A stretch of DNA of 43,037 nt from Candidatus Tayloriibacteriota bacterium. Lineage in GTDB: Bacteria; Patescibacteriota; Minisyncoccia; Phycocordibacterales; JACOZD01. Shown piece by piece: positions 27,644 to 35,632 of this stretch (within the stretch, counting starts at the first letter, position 1; each line of letters opens with the position of its first letter). The position numbers were made by a program, and so were the translations under genes. The notes beneath the pieces were generated by a model. The model saw only the letters and a program-made list of their open reading frames with translations. It searched no databases and was not told the origin of the DNA. The stretch covers positions 1 through 43,037 of the forward strand of contig JACOZD010000002.1 in NCBI GenBank assembly GCA_016181525.1, in the 5' to 3' direction.

Positions 27644-27825
27644 AAGTCATTGGCTCGCCCGCTACGCGGGCTCGCCAGCCGTTTTTCGCGGAAATTTCAA
27701 GCCGTTTTGAATTCAGTAAGGCCAAAAGCGGGCTTTTCTTTTCGGAATTGAAAAAAGTAAATAATTTTGCTATCATAGTATTGTAATCAATATAACACAA
27801 ATAATGATATCAAAGTATTGAAACT

Positions 27826-28023
27826 ATGGCAACGATTGGCGAAAACATCAAAAAGGCGCGAAATAAGCTTGGCTTGACCCAAGACGACTTAGTGAGAAAA
27901 TCCGGTGTAAAACACACAACACTTACAAAAATTGAGAGCGATGTTGTAGTCAAGCCAAGTGTGCAAACAGTCGCAAAAATTGCTAAAGCGTTAGGCATTC
28001 CAATAGAAGAACTAATCAAATAA
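27826..28023 (+). CDS. XRE/Cro-family HTH regulator
   Basis: IKKARNKLGLTQDDL...LTKIES...PSVQTVAKIAKAL. Confidence 0.92.
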   Translation: MATIGENIKKARNKLGLTQDDLVRKSGVKHTTLTKIESDVVVKPSVQTVAKIAKALGIPIEELIK

Positions 28024-28067
28024 ATTTATGGCAAAATGGCATTTCTGGGGCGAAAAAGAATTTTCTG

Positions 28068-28787
28068 ATGTTTATGAAAATATCTACATCAGGAGTTATT
28101 GTTTTTGAAGTTGTAAAAGAAATCAACGCTTTGGGCGTAAAGAAAAAACAGATTATTGATATTGGATGTGGCGAGGGTCATGCTACAAAACAAATTCTTG
28201 ATAGAATTGATGGCGAATATATTTGTGACCTACTTGATCCCAACGAAAACGCGCTTTCTTTGGCCGAAGCTTTTCTGACTCCAGAAAATGTCGTTGGCGA
28301 AGTTTTTCCGAGAACACTTGCAACTTTCAAACCAAGTAAAAAATATGATGTGGTTTTCACCTCTCACACAAATTACTACTGGGCATTAAATGAAAAAGAC
28401 TATGATGCTCAACTTAAGAAACTACCAACTTTTTTGAATGAGAAAGGAAAGTTAATGATTCTCACTTTGCCGGAAGAGAGCGACCACTATCGAATAGCGG
28501 TAAGAAAAATTTACCCAGAATTTAACTACGCGCAATACATCATCAAATTTTATAAAAATTTAGGTTTGAAAGTTGATGTAAAAAAACTCAAAATGAGAAT
28601 GTACGTCGGAGATATTCTAAGCACAAAAAGTCTTTTCGATCTCAAAATTTTCTACCGATTTATTCATAACACAGATTCTTTTCCGAGCGACGAGGAAAGT
28701 AGAAACTTTCTAAAGTTGGTACAAGAGTATCAAGTGGACAACTATCTTGATTTCAAGGATTATTTGATTGTAGTTTCAAATCCGTAA
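28068..28787 (+). CDS. class I SAM-dependent methyltransferase
   Basis: IIDIGCGEG, LLDPN, YDVVFTSH. Confidence 0.85.
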   Translation: MFMKISTSGVIVFEVVKEINALGVKKKQIIDIGCGEGHATKQILDRIDGEYICDLLDPNENALSLAEAFLTPENVVGEVFPRTLATFKPSKKYDVVFTSHTNYYWALNEKDYDAQLKKLPTFLNEKGKLMILTLPEESDHYRIAVRKIYPEFNYAQYIIKFYKNLGLKVDVKKLKMRMYVGDILSTKSLFDLKIFYRFIHNTDSFPSDEESRNFLKLVQEYQVDNYLDFKDYLIVVSNP

Positions 28788-29167
28788 TTTTGCCGCCAAA
28801 GAAAAACTTGAAATTGTCCTTTCCGCTCCGGTTCAAGGCGAGGCGGGCGGAAGGGGGGTGTGGGGGGAATTCCGCCATTCCCTTGCAAAAAACAGAGGCC
28901 AGCCCCGCCGCCTTGCAAGTCATTGCAAAGCACCACAGAAAAATACTCTTTTCATTAGGAGAAAAAGAAATCCGGCGCGCGCAAATCAAAAAATGTGAAG
29001 AAAACTTTTTGGCTGGCTGGCGAGCGTTAGCGAGCGGCGGCGGGGCGGCTTCCATTAGTCGGGGTTCTGCTCAAAAAAAGTTCGGATTTCGTCCAAAAGG
29101 TACCGCAATTCAGGATTTCGCAAGTGAAGAGAGGATGCCTCGCGGCGCGTTCCGCGCCGCGAGGCAT

Positions 29168-29375
29168 CCTCTGTAAATTTGCATTTTCCCAACTGGCGGT
29201 GTATTCTAAAAATAGCTCGAACCCTCTTTCGCTAAAGCTACAGACGGGCACAGCGGAATTCTGTCCTCGCCCAGCCCTTTCACAGAAAGAGCTGGGCGAG
29301 GAGTGGGCGGGCCTTCGCCTCGCTGAAGTGGCTTCGGCCACGCAAGCGGGCGGGCAAAACAAAAGGCGGAGCCGA
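29168..29375 (-). repeat. inverted copy of the 27535-27643 repeat, carrying short hairpin insertions
   Basis: Reverse complement of 29168-29199 matches 26795-26826 at 31/32 positions. Confidence 0.75.
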
Positions 29376-29572
29376 GAAAATTCCAAACTGCCAAAGAACC
29401 TGAAAACAAATCGGCTCGCTTGCCAGTCCGTAGCGAAGCGAAGGCGGGAACCATATTTTGCCTGCCCCGTAGCTTCGCGTAGCGAATGGTACTGGGGGAA
29501 GGGCAAAAGAATTTTTTTCATAAATTTATAGGACTCTGAAGGACTATTTATTAAAAGAGTTGTAACCAATAA

Positions 29573-30019
29573 ATGAAATTATTCCTAAACGGATTAAAGA
29601 TATCAGTCGGAATGTCCATACTATGGGGCATGTTTTCATTTGTTGTTCTATACCTTCAATACAAAGATATAGTCCGATCAATCACTCCAGCTTTTGGTGC
29701 CGCGGTAAAGCTTTTTCCTATCTTTTTTATTGCTTCTCTCGGATTGAGCGTTTTCACAAATAATTCCAAAAAAAGATCTCAATCAGAAATTGTCGGTGTG
29801 AAGAAATCATTTTGGACTAGTTCGCGCATAGGTTTTGTTCTCGGGTTATTACTTGGAATCGGAGCAATTGCATCATCTGTATTTTATTGTTCCGAAGGAA
29901 GAGAGTGTGGACCAGGATGGATATTTCCAACTGCTATATTGCCAATAGTTCTTCCATTTCTAGGTGCAATTCTAGGTGCAATAATTGGTCACAGTATCGA
30001 TCGGAAAAATCAAAAGTAA
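29573..30019 (+). CDS. hypothetical membrane protein
   Basis: 148 aa, four TM segments, AT-rich. Confidence 0.75.
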   Translation: MKLFLNGLKISVGMSILWGMFSFVVLYLQYKDIVRSITPAFGAAVKLFPIFFIASLGLSVFTNNSKKRSQSEIVGVKKSFWTSSRIGFVLGLLLGIGAIASSVFYCSEGRECGPGWIFPTAILPIVLPFLGAILGAIIGHSIDRKNQK

Positions 30020-30299
30020 AAAGCGGCCTTTTTTGTGTCATTATTTCATAAAGACTCTGAAAATTTTCCGCCAAAGAAAAACTTACTTGCCCGTCCGCAG
30101 GTCGCCTAAGGCGACCGAAGGAGGGAATCGTCCTTTCCGCTCCGGTTCCCGCCAGACACCGATGTGCAACACCGAGTGTTGCATCTGTGATTTTGTTATC
30201 GCCACCCCTTGACATATTAGCTTAATTATCATAGGATAAGTGGCAATCTGAACATGGTGTTCAGAAGCAACCAAATAGTTCCTTGAAAGGAGAAAAGCA

Positions 30300-30788
30300 A
30301 TGCATGAAATCCAATTGAAGTCGAAGTGGGGCGAGAAGCTGATCAAAGCGATCCCGGACAATGCGTCCTGGGAGTTCGTTTCGCATAGGGCCGGTTTGGT
30401 GAAGGCCCTCAATCTTATTGGGCCGGAGTCCTCGGACGTTCTACTCTACTTCGACGGGTTCTCGACAGTCAGAGTTCCGAGCAGAGACGTGAGCTTTCAC
30501 ATCGCAACAGAGAACAGCTCAGAGCTCGAAGAGTGTCCGATCGCAGAAATTCGTTACAGTCAACGAAAGAACGATATGGAAGTCCGTTGGCGAGAAATCA
30601 AGCTGTGGTTCAAGGATCGCGCTCAACTCGATCGATACGTACAGGCAGTAGTACTCCCCACCGGCGAAACCAAGCTGAACCCAAAACAGTTAGAGGAGCT
30701 CAAGAAACCGCAAGCGGAAGGTTCTTCTTCCGGCTCAGGGCTTCTACCCTTCGTTATCGGCCTTGGTCTTGGTATCGCGATCGATTAG
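30300..30788 (+). CDS. hypothetical protein with C-terminal hydrophobic tail
   Basis: Promoter TTGACA-17-TAGGAT (30209-30237), GAAAGGAG RBS, terminator 30811-30852. Confidence 0.8.
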   Translation: MHEIQLKSKWGEKLIKAIPDNASWEFVSHRAGLVKALNLIGPESSDVLLYFDGFSTVRVPSRDVSFHIATENSSELEECPIAEIRYSQRKNDMEVRWREIKLWFKDRAQLDRYVQAVVLPTGETKLNPKQLEELKKPQAEGSSSGSGLLPFVIGLGLGIAID

Positions 30789-31080
30789 TCGAGACAATGC
30801 CAGCATTTAGGAGCCACTTGCAGAATTAACTTCTGCGCGTGGCTCTTTTTTTGAAGCGAGAATTTGCCGCCAAAGAAAAAACTTGAAATTGTTACTTCCT
30901 TTCAGGAAGCCCAAACTGCCAAAGAACCTGAAAACAAATCGGCTCGAACCATATTTTGTAAGGGCAAAAGAATTTTTTCATAAAGGTTTCATTTAAGTCG
31001 GCAATGGAAGATTTGCTACGATAATGTTAATGTTGTCATGAATAAAGGTCGAGGTTAATTAGTAAAAAAGAAGCTAAAAT

Positions 31081-31650
31081 ATGCCGAAAATTAGTTGGAA
31101 AATTACATCAACGGTCGCACTCGTCGTGTTTGTTATCGTGGCGGCAATGGTGGCACCGGTGCGGTTCGCGTCAGCTGGCAGCGAAGGCGCGGACTACGAT
31201 TTTTTGATCGGGACCGGTTTTCTCTGCGGTCTTGACCCAAGTGCCTGTCCGGATATCGCAAGAGCAGATAATGGCGACACGATTGAGATTACCGGCTCGG
31301 GAGCACTGTCAACACATCCAAAATCAGTATCAGGCGGCGGGTCGTTCACCCACAAGGACGCATCTGGCGGCGTCCTGGCGAGCGGCACGTGGACTGCGGA
31401 CCAGTTAGTAAGTTTTCAGGGGTACGGTTGCGGTGGCGACGGGCTGCCGAGTTTTCTCTGCGGCGGCCGGGCTATTATCAAGGTAACGCTCTGGGTCGGT
31501 GGCGTGCCGGTTCACACCGGACTTTTGCAGGTTGATTGTTTGATTGGCGATAAAATCCCAGCGGCCGCGACAGAAGGAGTTCGCCTCTCTGTGCAAGACG
31601 CGCTCAACTTCAACAAAGAAGTAAGCGGATTCACCGTCTTTGTTGATTAA
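31081..31650 (+). CDS. secreted hypothetical protein
   Basis: Signal peptide ending in ASA, Gly/Cys-rich beta protein, terminator at about 31678-31706. Confidence 0.8.
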   Translation: MPKISWKITSTVALVVFVIVAAMVAPVRFASAGSEGADYDFLIGTGFLCGLDPSACPDIARADNGDTIEITGSGALSTHPKSVSGGGSFTHKDASGGVLASGTWTADQLVSFQGYGCGGDGLPSFLCGGRAIIKVTLWVGGVPVHTGLLQVDCLIGDKIPAAATEGVRLSVQDALNFNKEVSGFTVFVD

Positions 31651-31740
31651 AGAGTATTAAAACAAGTGCTGTATAATAAAAAGCAGAGACACAGTCTCTG
31701 TTTTTTATTAAGTTGTCCTTCTTTTTGACTTTGGGCTTAG

Positions 31741-32271
31741 GTGTATAATAGAGAGGTGGGGAAGGTTGCCTATCTTTTGATTGCGGCAGTCTCCATCTCT
31801 GCCGCTCTTATTCTCTTTTTTCTGAAAGTCGAGAAGGACGGGTGGTCGGATTTAAAACTTGAGGTCAACGATCCCGATGTAGGGTCGGGATCCCGACCGG
31901 AGCGTCGGGACTTAAATCTAGCAACTATCCTGATTGCCGACACGCCGGAGGAGAGGGCACGCGGCCTTGGCGGCCTGGAGAAACTTCGCGAGGGAGAAGC
32001 CATGCTCTTTGTTTTTGACGAACCGGCTTACCACTCCATCTGGATGAAGGACATGAATTTCTCAATAGACATCATTTGGCTCGATGAGAATTACCGAGTG
32101 GTTGATATAAAAGAGAGGGTGGCGCCGGAAACTTATCCAAAAATCTTCACCCCGCGGGATGAGGCCAGCTATGTTTTGGAAACTAAGGCCGGCTTAGTGC
32201 CGGAGGAGGGCATAAAAGCGGGAGACATTCTCGGGGGCGGTTTACACGGCAAAGAAGTTGTGGGGCACTAG
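31741..32271 (+). CDS. DUF192 family protein
   Basis: ADTPEERARGL, MLFVF, IWMKDMNFSIDIIW, YVLE. Confidence 0.88.
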   Translation: MYNREVGKVAYLLIAAVSISAALILFFLKVEKDGWSDLKLEVNDPDVGSGSRPERRDLNLATILIADTPEERARGLGGLEKLREGEAMLFVFDEPAYHSIWMKDMNFSIDIIWLDENYRVVDIKERVAPETYPKIFTPRDEASYVLETKAGLVPEEGIKAGDILGGGLHGKEVVGH

Positions 32272-32364
32272 CCTTTGTCTCCAGTTATCCACTCCTGCCT
32301 CGAAATCGGTGGAGTAGAATAAGTGAACTAAAAATTTTTTATAAAAAAATTAAATTCCAGATCC

Positions 32365-34725
32365 ATGGTCAAGACAAAAAATCTTGTAAAGTCTGCAGTC
32401 CCCGCTTCGGCTGTTAAGCGAGGTGAAAAGAAGAAAGAAAACACCTTCGTAAAGGTGGTGCGCAAGCGCGACGGCACCGTCGTGCCTTTCGATATCAACA
32501 AAATCAAGAACGCTCTCTACAAGGCCATGATTCAGACCGGCGAGGGGAGCGAAGAGGAGGCGGCGGTGGTAGCCAACAAGGTTTACGCCGACCTTATTCG
32601 TATCACCAAAAAGTACAAAAACTTCATCCCCGAGGTGGAGGGTATCCAAGACACGGTTGAGGCCGAGCTTATCCTCTCCGAGTACGTCAGGACGGCCAAG
32701 GCCTACATCCTCTACCGCGAGAAGCGGGCCAAACTGCGCGAGAAGGGTTTCCATGTGCCCGCCCACGTTAAAAAGCTGGCCGCGGAGAGCAAGCGCTACT
32801 TCCGCAACCCTTTGGGCGAGTTCGTTTACTACCGCACCTACTCGCGTTGGATTGACGAGGAGGGTCGGCGGGAAACCTGGATCGAGACGGTGGACCGTTT
32901 TATGGCTTTTATGAGAGAGAATCTTGGCGGCAAGCTCAAAGAAAGCGAGTACAAAGAGCTCCGGGAAACCGTTCTCTCCCACGAGGCCATGCCCTCGATG
33001 CGGTTGCTGCAGTTTGCCGGCAGGGCCGCCCGGGCTTCGAATGTCTGCGCCTACAACTGCTCCTTTGTCGCCCCGGAGTCCTTTCAAGACCTGGCCGAGA
33101 TTATGTATATCTCCATGTGCGGCACCGGCGCCGGTTGGGAGGTCTCGGCCATAAACGTGGAAAAGTTCCCGCAGATTCTGCCCCAGACCGGCGAGAAACT
33201 CGCAACTCACGTTATTCCCGACAGCAAGGAGGGCTGGGCCGACTCATTGGTGGTTGGGATGAAGGCCTGGGCGGTCGGCAAAGACATTGATTTTGATTTC
33301 TCTCTGCTTCGTCCGGCCGGGGCTAGGCTTAAGACCATGGGCGGCAAGAGCTCCGGGCCGGAGCCTCTGCGCCGGCTCCTCGCCTTTGCCCGCGAGCGGA
33401 TGCTCGCCCGTCAAGGCCGGCGCCTGCGGCCCATCGACATTCACGACATCATCTGCATGATAGGGGACTGCGTGGTGGCCGGAGGGGTGCGCCGGAGCGC
33501 CATGATCTCCCTCTCCGACCTCGACGACGGCGAAATTCGGGATGCCAAGAAGGGCGCTTTTTACCTCACCGACCCGCACCGCTCCTTGGCCAACAACTCC
33601 GCCGTTTACCTGCGCAAGCCCACCAACGAGGAGTTTTTGGAGGAGTGGATGGCTCTCATCAAAAGCCGTTCGGGGGAGCGGGGAATATTTAATCGCGGCT
33701 CGCTCGCCAAGCAGCTGCCGGGGAGACGCCTCGAAGTTTTGAAGAAACACAAGGGCTACCTCGACCCTTCGGGGGAGAGTGTCATCGGCCACCTCGGCAC
33801 CAATCCTTGCGGAGAGATAATTCTTCAAAGCAAGCAGTTCTGCAACCTCTCCGAGGTGGTGGCCAGGCGGGAGGACGATGAGAGGTCGCTTCTGCGCAAA
33901 GTTAGGGTTGCCACCATCCTCGGCACCTATCAATCGACCTTGACCGACTTTCCCTACCTCTCCAAGGAGTGGAAAGAGCGCTGTGAGGAGGAGCGCCTCC
34001 TCGGTGTCTCCATTACCGGCCAGTGGGACTCGCCGACAGTTCGCCGTCCCGAGGTTCTCTCCAAGCTCAAAGGAGAGGCCATCAAGGTCAATCGGGAGTA
34101 CGCCAAGCGCTTTGGCGTGAGTCTCTCCACCTGCATCACCTGCGTTAAGCCCTCGGGCACTCTCTCCCAGATGGTTGACTGTTCCTCGGGCATGCACCCG
34201 CGCCACGCGCCCTACTACATCCGCCGCATTCGCATCGCCGCCACTGACGCCCTCTTTAAGATGCTCAAGGACCAGGGCGTGCCTTACTACCCGGAGACAG
34301 GGCAGACCAAGGAGAACGCCACCACCTTCGTCTTGGAGTTCCCTGTCCGCTCGCCCGACAACTCTATCTTCAAGGACGATATTACCGCCATCGAGCAGTT
34401 GGAGTACTGGAAAACGGTCAAGTTGAGCTACACCGAGCATAATCCTTCGGTGACGGTCTCGGTCGGCGACGGCGAATGGGTTGAGGTGGCCAACTGGCTT
34501 TACAAAAACTGGGATATTTTGGGGGGACTGTCTTTCCTCCCCAGAGAGAAGCACGTTTACCAGTTGGCGCCTTATGAGGACATTGATGAGAAAAAGTATC
34601 ACGAGCTGGCCAGCCGGCTTAAAAATATCGACTACTCCAAAATCATTACCTACGAAAAGAGCGACGAGACCGAAGTTAAAAAAGAGCTGGCCTGCGTGGC
34701 CGGGGTGTGCGAAGTGGTTCAGTAG
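32365..34725 (+). CDS. nrdJ: class II (B12-dependent) ribonucleotide reductase with ATP cone
   Basis: VRKRDG ATP cone, YNCSF, GGVRRSA, GTNPCGEI, VKPSGT, C-terminal CxxGxC. Confidence 0.93.
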   Translation: MVKTKNLVKSAVPASAVKRGEKKKENTFVKVVRKRDGTVVPFDINKIKNALYKAMIQTGEGSEEEAAVVANKVYADLIRITKKYKNFIPEVEGIQDTVEAELILSEYVRTAKAYILYREKRAKLREKGFHVPAHVKKLAAESKRYFRNPLGEFVYYRTYSRWIDEEGRRETWIETVDRFMAFMRENLGGKLKESEYKELRETVLSHEAMPSMRLLQFAGRAARASNVCAYNCSFVAPESFQDLAEIMYISMCGTGAGWEVSAINVEKFPQILPQTGEKLATHVIPDSKEGWADSLVVGMKAWAVGKDIDFDFSLLRPAGARLKTMGGKSSGPEPLRRLLAFARERMLARQGRRLRPIDIHDIICMIGDCVVAGGVRRSAMISLSDLDDGEIRDAKKGAFYLTDPHRSLANNSAVYLRKPTNEEFLEEWMALIKSRSGERGIFNRGSLAKQLPGRRLEVLKKHKGYLDPSGESVIGHLGTNPCGEIILQSKQFCNLSEVVARREDDERSLLRKVRVATILGTYQSTLTDFPYLSKEWKERCEEERLLGVSITGQWDSPTVRRPEVLSKLKGEAIKVNREYAKRFGVSLSTCITCVKPSGTLSQMVDCSSGMHPRHAPYYIRRIRIAATDALFKMLKDQGVPYYPETGQTKENATTFVLEFPVRSPDNSIFKDDITAIEQLEYWKTVKLSYTEHNPSVTVSVGDGEWVEVANWLYKNWDILGGLSFLPREKHVYQLAPYEDIDEKKYHELASRLKNIDYSKIITYEKSDETEVKKELACVAGVCEVVQ

Positions 34726-34979
34726 GGTGCAGATTCTCTCGTTTTGATTTGCGGCTTGGCGGCAAGTGTCGAGCGCTGGCGGGGGCGCGCACACGAAAAC
34801 CCCCCGAATTGCTTCGGAAGGTTTTCGCGGCTGCCTACACAGAAATTGCTTTCCATGCAAGATGTACAGCCTTGCCGGTAATTCTAGACCGGTTCGGCGG
34901 TTTGTAAATGGGGTTCTTGTGGATAATTTTTTGGGCTTAAAAATTTGTCTTGAGTCAATGGTATGCTATAATAGCAGAA

Positions 34980-35554
34980 TCCTGCGCTGGACAGTTGCCC
35001 AGCACTTTTGTGCCACTGAAGAGAGCAAAGCGACTAAAGTTTAGTTAGACACTTGAGTGGAGACATTTAGAGTCGGTGGAACAAAAGTGCTGGGAGGAAA
35101 GTCCGAACACCATCCAGCTCCACTTTTACTGAAGAACTCCGTATCAATCGTGAATCACTCCGGCCATGCGAACATTATCTCCGAGATTCAGCTTGCAGCG
35201 TTGTTTAGTGAAAGTGGGGCTGGAGAGCATGGTAGCGGGTAACGCCCGCCCGGAGCAATCCGAGAGGTGCGAACAGAAACGACCCGGTTAAGTCCGGCTG
35301 AAACGGCCCCGACGCGGAGTCGGGACTCCGACCTCAAAGGAGCGTCGGAGCTAAATCCTTACCTTGGTGCAAGGCCGTACTCTGGGGGCTGGACACTAGG
35401 TGCTTTGGTCTGGAAGACTTCCAGATTCAAGTCTCTAGTCTCCAGCTCTCCAGTTTGTGCCGCTTGACCCTGACGGCAACGTCAGGGCTAGAGAAATAAC
35501 TATCATCCCACTGAAAGGCAGTGGCGAGACAGAATTCGGCTTACAGGCGCAGGA
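34980..35554 (+). ncRNA. rnpB: RNase P RNA (unusually long)
   Basis: GAGGAAAGTCCGAACAC, GGGTAACGCCC, ACAGAATTCGGCTTA; P1 pairing TCCTGCGC/GCGCAGGA; TATAAT at 34967-34972. Confidence 0.93.
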
Positions 35555-35558
35555 CCTG

Positions 35559-35597
35559 TATCAAAACACCCCGCTTAAAAAGCGGGGTGTTTTGATA
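35559..35597. terminator. terminator after rnpB
   Basis: TATCAAAACACCCCGCTT/AAGCGGGGTGTTTTGATA inverted repeat. Confidence 0.8.
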
Positions 35598-35632
35598 GTT
35601 GCTTTAAGAAAAAGTTTGGATATAATCAGCTT

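Noticed and set aside
28753-29569. Several overlapping 80-180 aa ORFs
   Set aside because: Made of dispersed repeats and hairpin inserts; no recognisable protein.
32350-34860. 286 aa and 538 aa minus-strand ORFs
   Set aside because: Antisense shadows of nrdJ.
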